From Patescibacteria group bacterium (GTDB lineage Bacteria > Patescibacteriota > JAQUNI01): DNA of 64,000 nt. Numbering within the stretch: the stretch's first letter is position 1; each line of letters begins with the position of its first letter. Positions 37,114-48,682 of the stretch are shown here, piece after piece. The notes under the pieces are model-generated. The model did no database searches. It saw nothing but the letters and a program-made list of their open reading frames with translations, and was not told the DNA's origin. The translations under genes and the position numbers were made by a program. The stretch spans positions 71,903 to 135,902 of the forward strand of contig JAQUNI010000002.1 in NCBI GenBank assembly GCA_028717685.1, written 5' to 3'.

Positions 37114-37764
37114 ATGTTTTTATTTTCTTTTTTATCTGAACCGATTGTGTTTTTGGCTTGGCTGGTCGCGATGGCAATTTCGGTAACCCTCCATGAATTT
37201 GCCCACGCCCTCTCCGCCTATCTTCAGGGGGACGCAACCGCAAAATACAGCGGACGCTTGAGCCTCAATCCCTTAAAACATCTTGATTTATGGGGGACAT
37301 TGATGCTGCTTTTGGTTGGTTTTGGCTGGGGTAAGCCCGTGCCTTACAATCCTTACAATTTAAGAAACCAGAAGTGGGGACCCTCTATTGTCGCTCTCGC
37401 GGGTCCGGGAGCCAATCTTTTTTTGATTCTTTTTTTTGGTTTGATCCTAAAAATATTGGTGGTGGGCGGAGTTTTAGATGTGGGCAATATGCTCTATATT
37501 TTGATAGAAATGATTATTATTTTAAACGCGGTTTGGTTTACGTTTAATCTTATTCCGATTCCCCCTCTGGATGGTTCTAAATTGCTTTTTGCGATTTTGC
37601 CTCGCCGTTTTGACCATTGGAAAATATTTCTGGCTGTAAGAGGTCCTTTGATTCTAATCTTTTTGATTATTTTGGATCGCCTGCTTAATTTTTCTTTGTT
37701 GGAATCGCTTTTCAATTTGGTAATCCGCGTTGTGGCGGGTATGTTTGGGTTATCTCTATTATAG
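37114..37764 (+). CDS. Site-2 protease (M50) family protein
   Basis: HEFAH, GRLSLNP, VALAGP, NLIPIPPLDG. Confidence 0.92.
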   Translation: MFLFSFLSEPIVFLAWLVAMAISVTLHEFAHALSAYLQGDATAKYSGRLSLNPLKHLDLWGTLMLLLVGFGWGKPVPYNPYNLRNQKWGPSIVALAGPGANLFLILFFGLILKILVVGGVLDVGNMLYILIEMIIILNAVWFTFNLIPIPPLDGSKLLFAILPRRFDHWKIFLAVRGPLILIFLIILDRLLNFSLLESLFNLVIRVVAGMFGLSLL

Positions 37765-37871
37765 GATTTGACTCTTATATTTTCTTATGCTATTTTTGAT
37801 ATAGGATTCGCTTTTTTAGCGCAAGGTTTTAGTTTACCTTTTATAATTTTTGAATCCACTATCTATTTTTT

Positions 37872-38306
37872 ATGCCCACCATTTCCCAATTAGTGCGCAA
37901 AGGGCGCAAAACTAAAATAAGGAAATTTAAAACGCCGGCTCTGCATCGGACTTTTAATGCTATTCGCCGTCGGGGAAGAATGGAACCTATTGGCAGTCCA
38001 TTTAAAAGAGGGGTTTGCGTTAAGGTTTTTACCACTACTCCCAAAAAACCAAACTCGGCTTTGCGCAAGGTAGCGAGAGTGCGTTTGACTAATGGAATGG
38101 AAGTGGCCGCTTATATTCCGGGCGAGGGCCATAATCTACAGGAACACTCTATAGTTTTAATCCGCGGCGGCAGAGTGAAAGATTTGCCCGGCGTGCGTTA
38201 TCACGTTGTGCGGGGGATTTTAGACACGGAAGGCGTGCAAGGTCGCAAACAAGGTCGCTCCCGCTACGGCGCCAAGAAGATAAGCGAGACAAAGAAAGAA
38301 GAATAA
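37872..38306 (+). CDS. rpsL: 30S ribosomal protein S12
   Basis: [20 protein letters not shown]. Confidence 0.98.
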   Translation: MPTISQLVRKGRKTKIRKFKTPALHRTFNAIRRRGRMEPIGSPFKRGVCVKVFTTTPKKPNSALRKVARVRLTNGMEVAAYIPGEGHNLQEHSIVLIRGGRVKDLPGVRYHVVRGILDTEGVQGRKQGRSRYGAKKISETKKEE

Positions 38307-38342
38307 TCTTAATTCACTTTTTACTTTTAACTTTTTTATATC

Positions 38343-38810
38343 GTGCCTCGGAGAAAAAGAAAATTCAAAAGAGATATTTTACCTGATCCAAAGTATAGCA
38401 GCGTTACGGTCGCGCGCTTTGTTAATCATTTGATGGAGAGAGGAAAGAAATCCGTAGCAGAGGGAATACTTTATCGCGCTTTGGATATTGTGGCGGAGAA
38501 AACCAAGAAAGATTCCTTGGAGATTTTTGATTTAGCGCTTAAAAATGTAGCTCCGGTTTTAGAAGTGAAATCCAAAAGAATTGGAGGGGCGAATTATCAA
38601 ATTCCCGTGGAGGTGAGGATGCCGCGCAAGATGACTCTTGCGATGCGTTGGATTATCGGTGTTGCTCGCTTGCGCAAAGGAAAGCCAATGGCTGAAAAAC
38701 TCGCTGAGGAACTCATTACCGCGTCCAAGCGCGAAGGCGAGGCAATGCGGAAACGGGAAAATATTCAAAGAATGGCCGATGCCAATCGTGCCTTTGCCCA
38801 TTTCGCTTAA
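38343..38810 (+). CDS. rpsG: 30S ribosomal protein S7
   Basis: GKKS.AE, RIGGANYQIP, ANRAFAH. Confidence 0.98.
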   Translation: MPRRKRKFKRDILPDPKYSSVTVARFVNHLMERGKKSVAEGILYRALDIVAEKTKKDSLEIFDLALKNVAPVLEVKSKRIGGANYQIPVEVRMPRKMTLAMRWIIGVARLRKGKPMAEKLAEELITASKREGEAMRKRENIQRMADANRAFAHFA

Positions 38811-38891
38811 TTATTTAAGGTTTCCCGTAAAAGCGAAGCTTTTATGGGTATCTTATAAAAGGGGGATTTTAAAAAAATTAAAAAGAAAAAA

Positions 38892-39305
38892 ATGAAACAG
38901 AGAATCTTATCTTGCCTCTCCGCAAGCGTGGTCGCGCTCGCGGGGAACACTGCCTTAGCGCAATCTACAAGTTATGATTATGAAAATACCGTCGGAAATA
39001 CCGTCGCGACGGGCATGGGTGTTGGACTGATAATTTTCTGGATTGTGGGTATGATTATTGGCTTGTTGCTTTTCATCTTGTGGATTTTGATGCTCATTGA
39101 CTGCATTAAGCGGGATTTTTCCCAAAAGACTTTGTGGATTATTCTCCTCATTGTTTTGGGTTGGATTGGTGCCGTGGCTTACTACTTTGCCGTCAAAAGA
39201 AAGAACATTACTGGCGGACCGGCGACTCCTTCGCAAACTACGCCACCTCAAGCATCTTCTGAACCTCAATCACCACCATCTTCTCCTGCCGCGCCTACGG
39301 TTTAA
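38892..39305 (+). CDS. PLDc N-terminal-domain membrane protein inserted in the str operon
   Basis: Signal-like N-terminus; LWILMLIDCIKRDF...LWIIL...GAVAYYF; Pro-rich tail. Confidence 0.75.
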   Translation: MKQRILSCLSASVVALAGNTALAQSTSYDYENTVGNTVATGMGVGLIIFWIVGMIIGLLLFILWILMLIDCIKRDFSQKTLWIILLIVLGWIGAVAYYFAVKRKNITGGPATPSQTTPPQASSEPQSPPSSPAAPTV

Positions 39306-39610
39306 TTGATGTTTAAACAGAAAGAGGATAAATTTTGAGGTAATGGCGGGTTTTATAGAATTTTAAAATTCTTGAGTTTTTTGAATTGATTTTCGGATTG
39401 ACCTTGTTAGAAACACGCCCCGCAACTGGGCTAGTGGTTGGGTTTTATGTTCCGCATGAGTTTTGATGGGATTGACTTTTTGGTACTTATCGGTTAAATT
39501 ATCTTTTGGGTATTTTTGTTTTGCAAAAAATTTAAATTGCAACTTTTAACTTTTTCAGCCCAAGGCTGATCGGCCTCGGGCCGAAACTTTTCACTTTTAA
39601 CTTATCTTTC

Positions 39611-41734
39611 GTGCCTCGTCTGACACCTATAGAGAGAATTCGCAACATCGGCATCATTGCTCATATTGATGCCGGAAAGACAACCGTTTCGGAACGGATT
39701 CTTTATTATACGGGTAAAAAACACAAAGTAGGGGAGGTACATGAAGGAAAAGCAGAAATGGATTGGATGGCGCAAGAAAAAGAAAGGGGTATTACTATTA
39801 CTTCCGCGGCAACTACTTGCGCTTGGAAGGCGGGAGCGAAGGGCGAGATCCATCAGATTAATTTAATTGATACGCCGGGACATATTGATTTCACGGCCGA
39901 GGTGCAACGTTCTTTGCGCGTGTTGGACGGCGGCATTGTGGTTTTTGACGGTGTGGCGGGCGTAGAGCCGCAATCGGAAACCGTTTGGCATCAGGCGGAG
40001 AAATTTCAGGTGCCGCGGATGTGCTTTATTAATAAAATGGACCGCACCGGCGCTGATTTTAAAGCTGACCTTAGTTCCATTCGCGAACGGCTGACCAAAG
40101 ATATTGCCGTGATTCAGATTCCTATCGGAGAGGAAGACAAATTTGAAGGCGTGATTGATTTAATTAAAAATAAAGCCATTTATTTTAAAGGGGACTTGGG
40201 CGAAAAGTTAGAGGAAGGGGAGATTCCCCCTGCTTGGGCAGAGGAGGCTAAACAATATCGGCAAGAGATGGTGGAAAAGATTGCCAGCGAGGATGATGTT
40301 TTAATTGAAAAGTTTTTGGAGGGCGGGGAAATTACAGAAGAAGAATTAAAGAAAACTTTGCGCCAAGCAACAATCGCGGGCAGACTGGTACCGGTGCTTT
40401 GCGGTTCGGCTTTAAAAAATAAAGGGATTCAGCCTCTGCTTGACGCCGTCATCTTTTATCTTCCTTCTCCCTTAGACTTGCCTCCTGTTGCCGGATATGA
40501 GCCTAAGGTATTAATAGAGCAGGGTGAGCGAGCGGAAAAATCCGAAGAGCGCAAGGCGGATGACAACGCACCTTTTGCCGCTCTCGCTTTTAAGATTGCC
40601 AGCGATCCTTTCGTGGGCAAGCTGATCTTTTTTCGCATTTACTCCGGCCATTTAGAGGCTGGATCTTATATTTTAAACACTTCTTCCGGCAAGAAAGAGA
40701 GATTGGGAAGGATTTTAAGAATGCACGCGAATCATCGGGAAGAAGTAAAGGAGATGTTTACCGGCGAAATCGCCGCCGCGGTGGGTTTAAAAGAGACCAC
40801 CACCGGCGATACCTTATGCGATTCTGATCATCCCATTGTCTTGGAAAAGATTACTTTTCCCGAGCCCGTGATTTCCATTGCCATTGAACCAAAGACCAAA
40901 GCCGACCAAGAGAAGATGGGTTTATCCTTGCACACTCTATCGGAAGAGGATCCCACTTTTCGCGTGCGGAGCGACGAAGAGACGGGCCAGACGATTATTT
41001 CAGGAATGGGAGAATTGCATTTGGATATTATTGTGGATCGGATGAAAAGAGAATTTAATGTCGCGGCTAATGTCGGCAAGCCTCAAGTCGCTTATCGCGA
41101 AACCATCCGCAAGAAGGCGGAGGCAGAAGGAAAGTATATCCGTCAGTCAGGAGGCCGCGGTCAATATGGTCATGTTTGGTTGCGCGTGGAGCCCCTCCCA
41201 AGCGGCAAGGGCTTTGAATTTGTGAACGCGATCAAAGGCGGCGTCATTCCTCAAGAATTTATTCCCGCAGTGGGAAAAGGCGTCAAGGAAGCGTTAGGGA
41301 ACGGAGTGCTCGCGGGTTATCCAGCGGTGGATCTTTCGGTTACGCTTTATGACGGTTCATTTCACGAGGTGGACTCTTCGGAAGCCGCTTTTCACATCGC
41401 GGGTTCTATCGCGGTGCAGGAGGCGGTGAGGCGAGCGGATGTTCACCTTTTGGAACCGATTATGAAGATAGAAGTGGTGACGCCAGAGAAATTTATGGGT
41501 GATGTGATTGGCGATTTGAATTCCAGGCGCGCTCATATCGCGGAGATGTCGGACCGCGGGCAGGCAAAGGTTATTGACGCGCTTGTTCCCTTGGCAGAAA
41601 TGTTTGGTTATGCTACGATATTAAGATCTTTAACCCAGGGTCGCGCTAATTACACAATGGAATTTGATCATTACGCGGAGGTGCCGCGCCACGTCGCGGA
41701 ACAGATTATTGGGGAGAAGAGCGAGAAGAAATAA
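39611..41734 (+). CDS. fusA: Elongation factor G
   Basis: [23 protein letters not shown]. Confidence 0.98.
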   Translation: MPRLTPIERIRNIGIIAHIDAGKTTVSERILYYTGKKHKVGEVHEGKAEMDWMAQEKERGITITSAATTCAWKAGAKGEIHQINLIDTPGHIDFTAEVQRSLRVLDGGIVVFDGVAGVEPQSETVWHQAEKFQVPRMCFINKMDRTGADFKADLSSIRERLTKDIAVIQIPIGEEDKFEGVIDLIKNKAIYFKGDLGEKLEEGEIPPAWAEEAKQYRQEMVEKIASEDDVLIEKFLEGGEITEEELKKTLRQATIAGRLVPVLCGSALKNKGIQPLLDAVIFYLPSPLDLPPVAGYEPKVLIEQGERAEKSEERKADDNAPFAALAFKIASDPFVGKLIFFRIYSGHLEAGSYILNTSSGKKERLGRILRMHANHREEVKEMFTGEIAAAVGLKETTTGDTLCDSDHPIVLEKITFPEPVISIAIEPKTKADQEKMGLSLHTLSEEDPTFRVRSDEETGQTIISGMGELHLDIIVDRMKREFNVAANVGKPQVAYRETIRKKAEAEGKYIRQSGGRGQYGHVWLRVEPLPSGKGFEFVNAIKGGVIPQEFIPAVGKGVKEALGNGVLAGYPAVDLSVTLYDGSFHEVDSSEAAFHIAGSIAVQEAVRRADVHLLEPIMKIEVVTPEKFMGDVIGDLNSRRAHIAEMSDRGQAKVIDALVPLAEMFGYATILRSLTQGRANYTMEFDHYAEVPRHVAEQIIGEKSEKK

Positions 41735-41736
41735 CT

Positions 41737-42126
41737 ATGTTTAAAAATATGCCTGATTTCAAAAAGATTGCCGAGACGCTCAAGGAAAAAAATACCCGAG
41801 AACGTTATGTAATTGTGGAGAGTGGAGAGCCGAGGTGGGTAGTTTTGAGTATGCAGGATTACGAAGATTTAACCCGAAAAAAAGACGCGGTTCACGATCA
41901 AGAAGATCAAATAGTTGTTGAAGAGAAAATTGAGGAGGAACTTGCCTCTTATCAAGCCGAGACAGAACAAGAAGAAGGAATGATGTCCAAAGGCGCTTCA
42001 GCAGAAATTCAAGAACCCGAGTTTTATTTTGAGATAGTAGAGGAGAAAGAGGTGCCAGGGTGCTCGGATTTATCCACAACTTCGGAAGCAAAGAGGAAAA
42101 TGGAATGGAATGATATTCCATTTTAA
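41737..42126 (+). CDS. Hypothetical protein: Phd/YefM-like N-terminus, acidic tail ending NDIPF
   Basis: RYVIVESGEPRWVVLSMQDYEDL; Glu-rich; starts 2 nt after the fusA stop. Confidence 0.7.
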   Translation: MFKNMPDFKKIAETLKEKNTRERYVIVESGEPRWVVLSMQDYEDLTRKKDAVHDQEDQIVVEEKIEEELASYQAETEQEEGMMSKGASAEIQEPEFYFEIVEEKEVPGCSDLSTTSEAKRKMEWNDIPF

Positions 42127-42224
42127 GGGAAGGGCTAAGATTAGGCAAAAAATAAGAAACTCTTTTTATTTTTGGCTAAAATTAGGCAAAAACAGTTGAA
42201 GATTTAGGATAGAAACAACCCTTC

Positions 42225-42253
42225 TTGACATTGAGAGCAATTTGGTTTAAAAT
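42225..42253 (+). promoter_or_regulatory. sigma70 promoter of tuf
   Basis: TTGACA-17 bp-TAAAAT. Confidence 0.8.
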
Positions 42254-42364
42254 GATTTTAGATTTGCATCCTTCCAAGTATGGATGGCGGATTTCAAGCC
42301 TCATAAAAAAATTAATACTGCACCCTCTTTCATATTTTTTAAGAAGAGGGCAGAAATGAAACAA

Positions 42365-43564
42365 ATGACGGAAAAATTTGAACGCACTAAACCCCATGTG
42401 AATGTGGGTACGATTGGTCACGTTGACCATGGTAAAACTACCTTGACTGCCGCGATATTGAAATGCCTTGCGGCGGCAGGATTTAAAGCCCAGCAAAAAT
42501 CAGTAGATCAGATTGACAACGCGCCGGAAGAAAAGGAGCGGGGGATTACAATTGCCACCGCCCATGTGGAGTATGAATCAGAGAAAAGGCATTATGCCCA
42601 TGTTGATTGTCCGGGTCATGCTGACTATATTAAAAATATGATTACGGGCGCGGCGCAGATGGATGGAGCAATTTTGGTTGTTTCCGCCGCTGATGGTCCG
42701 ATGCCTCAAACGCGGGAGCATATTTTACTTGCTCGTCAGGTAGGCGTGCCCAATATCGTCGTCTTTTTGAATAAAATAGATATGGTGGATGAAAAGGAAT
42801 TAATAGATCTTGTGGAGGAGGAAGTGCGGGAGCTTTTAACTAAATATGAATTTGATGGGACAAATATATCCGTGATCAGAGGGAGCGGATTGAAAGCTTT
42901 AGAGTGCGGTTGCGGCAAGAAGGAATGCGAGTGGTGCGGTCCTATATTGGAACTGGTAAAAACAATGGATGAAAAAATCCCCGAGCCTGTCCGCGAGACA
43001 GACAAGCCTTTTCTAATGGCTGTGGAAGATGTTTTTTCCATTGAGGGCCGGGGAACGGTGGTGACAGGAAAAATTGAACGCGGTATTGTCAAATTAAACG
43101 ACGAGGTGGAGATAGTAGGCATTAAACCGACCCAGAAGACAGTAGTGACAGGCATTGAGATGTTTAATAAAACTCTAGACGAAGGTCGTGCCGGAGATAA
43201 CGCGGGTATCCTTTTGCGAGGGACCAAGAAAGAAGATGTGGCGCGGGGACAGGTGGTGGCGAAACCGGGCTCAATTACTCCTCATACCGAGTTTGAAGGA
43301 GAGGTTTATGTGCTCACTAAAGAGGAAGGAGGACGGCACACCGCCTTTGCGAAAGGTTACAAACCCCAACTCTATATTCGCACTACTGATGTGACAGGCG
43401 AACTCTTTTTGCCTGAAGGGACGGAGATGGTTATGCCCGGCGATACTATAACCTTGAAGGTAAAACTTATTGCTCCGGTGGCTTTGGAAGAGAAACAACG
43501 TTTCGCAATCCGCGAGGGTGGACATACAGTTGGAGCAGGGTTTGTAATGAAAATTATCAAGTAA
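42365..43564 (+). CDS. tuf: Elongation factor Tu (start 42356 or 42365)
   Basis: [18 protein letters not shown]. Confidence 0.98.
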   Translation: MTEKFERTKPHVNVGTIGHVDHGKTTLTAAILKCLAAAGFKAQQKSVDQIDNAPEEKERGITIATAHVEYESEKRHYAHVDCPGHADYIKNMITGAAQMDGAILVVSAADGPMPQTREHILLARQVGVPNIVVFLNKIDMVDEKELIDLVEEEVRELLTKYEFDGTNISVIRGSGLKALECGCGKKECEWCGPILELVKTMDEKIPEPVRETDKPFLMAVEDVFSIEGRGTVVTGKIERGIVKLNDEVEIVGIKPTQKTVVTGIEMFNKTLDEGRAGDNAGILLRGTKKEDVARGQVVAKPGSITPHTEFEGEVYVLTKEEGGRHTAFAKGYKPQLYIRTTDVTGELFLPEGTEMVMPGDTITLKVKLIAPVALEEKQRFAIREGGHTVGAGFVMKIIK

Positions 43565-43615
43565 TTTTAAAATACCTATTACCCCTCCCATCTTTTGGGG
43601 GTAAGTCCATTTAAA

Positions 43616-43963
43616 ATGGCTACTCAAAGCAGTAGAGAGATAACGGAGGAGGAAGCTTCTTCCCCCAGAATTCGCATTAGGATTAAGGCTTATGACCATA
43701 AGGTAATTGACGAGTCTGCTCGTCAGATTGTGGAAACAGCGGAACGGACAGGGGCTATTGTTTCTGGTCCCGTGCCTTTGCCGATTGAAAAGACACGTTA
43801 CACAGTAATGCGTTCCCCTTTTGTTCATAAAGATTCCCGGGAACAATACGAAATGCGAGTCCACAAAAGATTGATTGATATCAATAAGCCCACACCTAAA
43901 ACAGTAGACGCCTTGATGGATTTGAATTTACCCGCGGGTGTTGATGTAGAGATTAAAATGTAA
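43616..43963 (+). CDS. rpsJ: 30S ribosomal protein S10
   Basis: [21 protein letters not shown]. Confidence 0.97.
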   Translation: MATQSSREITEEEASSPRIRIRIKAYDHKVIDESARQIVETAERTGAIVSGPVPLPIEKTRYTVMRSPFVHKDSREQYEMRVHKRLIDINKPTPKTVDALMDLNLPAGVDVEIKM

Positions 43964-44468
43964 GATACTCTTTTTTTCCGCGAATAGAAAGGGGAAGGTA
44001 TTTTCTTTTTTGGGTGTATCTTTTTGGAGACGGATTCTGTTATTCATATCTTTGATTATATTTATAGATCTTTTGCAAAATAATCCTTTCTCCTGTAATT
44101 GCCAGATTTCGGGCAAAAGATTATTTCGCGAAAGGTCTTAAGTTATTTTTTCCATTATTAAAAATAGGAGCTGAATCAAAAGCCAGCTATTTCAATCCTG
44201 CGCGATGGGTTTTTCATGGAGTCCGCAAGCTTTCATGGTATTCCTTTATAGGATACTCTTCTTAACGCGGGGTAAAGGATTTTTTCTCCAGCCACCCTTT
44301 TTTTAAGGAGAAGGGGAAGGGCGAAGAATCTCGAAAACCGGGAGTTTTTTCAAAAACCGGTGAGCTCTTTCACTCCTTACTTTTAAGGTAAAAGTGAAGG
44401 ATGAGGGGGCGAGAACAAAACTGGTTTTTGGCAAAACTTTCGGTTTTTGTTTTAAATTGCCATTCTCT

Positions 44469-45074
44469 ATGCCAAAATTTATCCTAGGACGAAAATTAGG
44501 AATGACTCAGATTTTTGACCAAAAGGGAAAAATAATTCCCGTTACTGTTATAGAAGCGGGTCCTTGTTTTGTATCAGCGATTCGTACACCGGAAAAACAT
44601 GGCTATTCCGCTTTACAGCTTAATTTTACCCTCAAGGTTCATAAAGGGCTTAAAAAGCATCCCAAGAAGAATGATATTCTGCTGCGGGAGTTTCGCTTGC
44701 CAGAAGCAGAAGCAAAGAAGTATAAAGTGGGAGACCAAATCGCGGTTGCGAGTTTTCAAGAGGGGGAACAAGTTAAGACCGCGGGAGTGAGCCATGGGAA
44801 GGGTTTTCAAGGCGTGGTGAAAAGATGGGGATTTAAAGGTTCGCCGGCTACCCATGGCCATAAGCACGATGAGAGAGCGCCAGGTTCAATCGGCGCCACA
44901 TTTCCGGAAAAAGTCATCAAGGGGATGAGGATGGCTGGTCGGATGGGCGGAAAGAGAATTACAGCGAAAGGACTGACCATTATTAATATTGATGCTGGGA
45001 ATAATTTGATGGCGGTAAAGGGGGCGGTGCCGGGCGTTAGGGGAGGTTTAGTGGAAGTGAGGGGCGAGGAATAA
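44469..45074 (+). CDS. rplC: 50S ribosomal protein L3
   Basis: GRKLGMTQ, GKGFQGVVKRW, GMRMAGRMG. Confidence 0.97.
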   Translation: MPKFILGRKLGMTQIFDQKGKIIPVTVIEAGPCFVSAIRTPEKHGYSALQLNFTLKVHKGLKKHPKKNDILLREFRLPEAEAKKYKVGDQIAVASFQEGEQVKTAGVSHGKGFQGVVKRWGFKGSPATHGHKHDERAPGSIGATFPEKVIKGMRMAGRMGGKRITAKGLTIINIDAGNNLMAVKGAVPGVRGGLVEVRGEE

Positions 45075-45084
45075 AGCTAAAATT

Positions 45085-45813
45085 ATGAAATTACCAATTT
45101 ACAATTTAGATGGCAGTAAGTCCGGTAAGTTTGTCAATCTCGCGCCAGAAATTTTTGGCGTGGCAGTGAATCCAGTTTTAGTGAATCAGGCTGTGGTGGC
45201 TCAACGCGCGAAGAGTCGCCATCCTATTGCCCATACGAAGACGCGGTCCGAGCGCCGCGGCGGCGGAGCGAAACCCTGGAAACAGAAAGGAACGGGGCGG
45301 GCGAGAGCAGGTTCCCGCCGCAGTCCCTTATGGCGCAAGGGAGGAATAGTTTTTGGGCCGAGAAATGAAAGAAATTTTACAAAGAGGATCAATAAGAAAG
45401 CAAGACGCAAAGCTATTCTGATGGTTCTTTCCAATCGGGTGAAGACGGGCGATGTTGTTGTCGTTAAAGAGTTGAAGATTCCAGAAGTTCGGACGAAGCA
45501 AATGGCTATCTTCCTTGAAAAATTTCCTTTACAATCCAAGCCCTTGATTTTACTTTCTGAAAAAGACGAAAAAATTCGCAGGGCGAGCCGTAATTTATCC
45601 TCTCTCAAGGTTTTATCCGCGAACAGTTTAAATGTGGTTGACCTTTTGGATCGCAATTGTATTTTAATGCCCCTCGCAGCAGTAAAAATCATTGAGAAAA
45701 CCTACTCTTCAAATATTGCAAATTCCACCCCCCACCTTTTAAAAAAAGCGAGTGACGCTCCACTGGTTCGGCAGGCTTACCATCCTATGGTTCGGCAGGC
45801 ACTTCGGCCATGA
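45085..45813 (+). CDS. rplD: 50S ribosomal protein L4 (repeat-derived C-terminal extension)
   Basis: KPWKQKGTGRARAGS. Confidence 0.97.
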   Translation: MKLPIYNLDGSKSGKFVNLAPEIFGVAVNPVLVNQAVVAQRAKSRHPIAHTKTRSERRGGGAKPWKQKGTGRARAGSRRSPLWRKGGIVFGPRNERNFTKRINKKARRKAILMVLSNRVKTGDVVVVKELKIPEVRTKQMAIFLEKFPLQSKPLILLSEKDEKIRRASRNLSSLKVLSANSLNVVDLLDRNCILMPLAAVKIIEKTYSSNIANSTPHLLKKASDAPLVRQAYHPMVRQALRP

Positions 45814-45861
45814 GGGCTTCGACTGAGCTCAGCCGAATGTCCTTAGTGCCGAATAGCTCAC
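45787..45861. repeat. Nested palindromic element (GGTTCG..GACTGAGCTCAG..GCTCAC), copy 1; copy 2 at 49963-50043
   Basis: 63-nt cores 45799-45861 and 49977-50039 differ at only 3 positions. Confidence 0.9.
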
Positions 45862-45935
45862 TGTTCTAGAAATCCCATTATAAAAAGGATGCCTCGGGTG
45901 TGTGAATCCGTGAAACTTCATAAGTTATAAGAATT

Positions 45936-46337
45936 ATGCCTCTCTCAAGAAGGAAAAAAATTAAAACTCCGGCAGTTAGGAAGGTCCGAGGAAGCAAGGT
46001 TAAAGCTTTCAAGACAACCCCTCATCAGAAGAAAAGACAAGTTTCACCTAGAAACCAAACTTTTAGGGTTTTAAAACAGCCTCGCGTGACAGAGAAAGGG
46101 ACCATCCTTCAAGCCCTCAATCAATATATATTTGAAGTGAATTTAAAGGCGAACAAAAATGAAGTTAAAAAGGCGATTGAAGAATTATATGAAGTGAAGG
46201 TCGTGAAAGTGAATATTATTAATTTTATGGGCAAGCAAAGGAGATATGGCCGTATCCAAGGCAAAACGAGAGCGTGGAAAAAGGCGATTATAACTTTGCG
46301 GCAGGGGGATACGATTAAATTGTTTGAAGGAGTATAA
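45936..46337 (+). CDS. rplW: 50S ribosomal protein L23 (basic N-terminal extension)
   Basis: PRVTEK, ANKNEVKKAIE, WKKAIITL. Confidence 0.95.
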   Translation: MPLSRRKKIKTPAVRKVRGSKVKAFKTTPHQKKRQVSPRNQTFRVLKQPRVTEKGTILQALNQYIFEVNLKANKNEVKKAIEELYEVKVVKVNIINFMGKQRRYGRIQGKTRAWKKAIITLRQGDTIKLFEGV

Positions 46338-46370
46338 GGATCAGCAACAAATAACAAGCTTAAAAAGTTT

Positions 46371-47198
46371 ATGAAATTTTATAAACCTACTACGCCGGGG
46401 AGAAGACAAATGACAGGGAGCGATTTTTCCGATCTAACGCGGGGCAGAAAACCGACAAAAAAATTGGCGGCGGGTTTAAAGCAAAAGGCAGGCAGGGATC
46501 GATTGGGTCATATTTCGATTCGGCACCGCGGCGGAGGTCATAAGAGGACATACCGCCTTATTGATTTTAGGCAGGACAAGTTTGATATACCGGGGAGAGT
46601 TGCTTCCATTGAATATGATCCCAACCGTACGGCATGGATTGCTTTGATTCACTATGCCGATGGAGAAAAACGTTATATTCTTGCCCCTCAAAGAATAAAG
46701 GCGGGGGATATGGTTTTAGCAAGCCAGAAAAAGATTGAAGCGCGGGTAGGCAACCGGATGCCTCTTGCTGAAATTCCTGACGCGAGTCCTGTTCACAATT
46801 TAGAGTTAAACCCAGGGCGGGGTGGTCAAATCGTGCGGGCGGCAGGCGGGAGCGCGATCTTAATGGGTAAGGAAGGAAAATACGCCCAGATTAAACTCCC
46901 CTCGGGAGAGATCCGCAATATTTTAAAAACTTGTTTAGCCAGCATGGGTAGTTTAAGCAATCCAGAACATGATAATATTAATATAGGCAAAGCAGGACGC
47001 ACGCGTTGGTTGGGGATCAGACCCACAGTAAGGGGGAAAGCGATGAATCCAGTAGATCATCCTCATGGCGGAGGGGAGGGTAACCAGCCGATTGGTTTAA
47101 AATATCCCAAGACTCCTTGGGGCAGACCAGCTTTGGGGGTGAAAACGCGGCGGAAGAAGAAATACTCGGACAGATTGATTGTGAAGAGGAGAAGATAG
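46371..47198 (+). CDS. rplB: 50S ribosomal protein L2
   Basis: [20 protein letters not shown]. Confidence 0.98.
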   Translation: MKFYKPTTPGRRQMTGSDFSDLTRGRKPTKKLAAGLKQKAGRDRLGHISIRHRGGGHKRTYRLIDFRQDKFDIPGRVASIEYDPNRTAWIALIHYADGEKRYILAPQRIKAGDMVLASQKKIEARVGNRMPLAEIPDASPVHNLELNPGRGGQIVRAAGGSAILMGKEGKYAQIKLPSGEIRNILKTCLASMGSLSNPEHDNINIGKAGRTRWLGIRPTVRGKAMNPVDHPHGGGEGNQPIGLKYPKTPWGRPALGVKTRRKKKYSDRLIVKRRR

Positions 47199-47391
47199 TG
47201 TAAAATTTTAAATTCTAAATTTTAATTCAATTTTAAAATCCTAATTTTAAATTTTAAAACCAAGGGAAATAAGAAAGGGTTTTAAAATTAAAAAATTTAA
47301 AATTTGGATTTGATTGAAAATTTCAAATTAGAAATTTTCATAGATAATAGCCCTTGTAATTAAATTTTACCAAAATTCAAGTTCAAAAATT

Positions 47392-47739
47392 ATGTCAAGG
47401 TCTCTTAAAAAGGGTCCCTTCTGCGATCCTAAACTGCTTGCTAAAATCAGAAAGCTGAAAGCCGGAGAAAAAACCATTATTAAAACTTGGTCGCGAGACT
47501 CAATAATTTTTCCAGAGATGGTGGGTTTTACTATTGGAGTGCATAATGGTCGGGAACATATTTCCGTTTTTGTCACCGAAGACATGGTGGGCCATCGCCT
47601 CGGTGAATTCGCGCCCACCCGTAAATTCATCGTGCATGGCGGTCGGATTGCGCGGGAAGAGGCGGCTCAAAGAGCTGAAGCAGATCGTAGCAAGGTAGAA
47701 GCAGGCCAGAAAGAGGCAGTGAAAAAAGAAAATATATAG
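47392..47739 (+). CDS. rpsS: 30S ribosomal protein S19
   Basis: [21 protein letters not shown]. Confidence 0.98.
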   Translation: MSRSLKKGPFCDPKLLAKIRKLKAGEKTIIKTWSRDSIIFPEMVGFTIGVHNGREHISVFVTEDMVGHRLGEFAPTRKFIVHGGRIAREEAAQRAEADRSKVEAGQKEAVKKENI

Positions 47740-47815
47740 CTTGCAAGGAGTGGCTTGCAATTCAAGGAAAATTATCCTTGGGCGGCACGTTACGAGTTTC
47801 AAGTTATAAGAATCC

Positions 47816-48415
47816 ATGGAAGCGAAAGCGAAACTTAGATATTTACATATTGCGCCGCGTAAGGTAAGATTGGTTATTAATTTAATTCGCGGCTTAGAAG
47901 TGGGCAGAGCCTTGGAACAACTTTCTGTAATAAAGCAAAGGGCGGCAAGGCCAGTGTTTAAACTGTTAAAGTCGGCTATTGCGAACGCGGAGCACAATTT
48001 TAACTTAGATAAGAATAATTTATATATCAAAGAAATTCGGGCAGATGAAGGACCAACTTTAAAGCGTTGGCAGCCGCGGGCCTTTGGCCGCGCTTTTCCT
48101 ATAATGAAGAGAGCGAGCCACATATCCATTATTTTAGAGGAAAGGGTTGTTGGTCGCAGAAAGACTAAGTCAGGAGGAGAAGCTCCCGAGCTTATTGCCA
48201 GCCCTAAGATGGCAGGAAAGAGCGCGTTGAAGGTTGGGAAGAGCAGAGTTGTGCCCACTCCGAAGATACCGCAGGGCAGCGAGACAACCCTGAAACCATG
48301 GGATCCTCGCCGAGAAGCCGGTCGCCGAAACAAGCAACATCAGGATAAGAAGAAACTAGCTCAAGGCAAAGCTTTGAGCGGTCTTAAACGTTTTTTCCAA
48401 CGTAAATCGGTGTAA
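47816..48415 (+). CDS. rplV: 50S ribosomal protein L22 with long basic C-terminal extension
   Basis: APRKVRLV, SAIANAEHN, PRAFGRA. Confidence 0.97.
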   Translation: MEAKAKLRYLHIAPRKVRLVINLIRGLEVGRALEQLSVIKQRAARPVFKLLKSAIANAEHNFNLDKNNLYIKEIRADEGPTLKRWQPRAFGRAFPIMKRASHISIILEERVVGRRKTKSGGEAPELIASPKMAGKSALKVGKSRVVPTPKIPQGSETTLKPWDPRREAGRRNKQHQDKKKLAQGKALSGLKRFFQRKSV

Positions 48416-48682
48416 ACCCCTTTAGAGAACTTTGTTTTCTAACGGTTCTCTCGGCTTATATTCTGCCTGCCGTCAAGCAGGTCTCTAACGGGGTAAAATG
48501 GAGCCCTTCAGGTTGTTCAGGTCGTTCAGACTCTTAAAGAGCTCAAAGAGCTCTGAGAATGACCCCTTTTCAAATCCTTCGCGAGAGGCTGATTTGCGAA
48601 GAGCTCCAAATATAGGACATGAGTCATGAAGCCTGAAACGGGTAAAGTTATAAGTTTAATGTTTTAAGTTTTAAGCAAGCAT

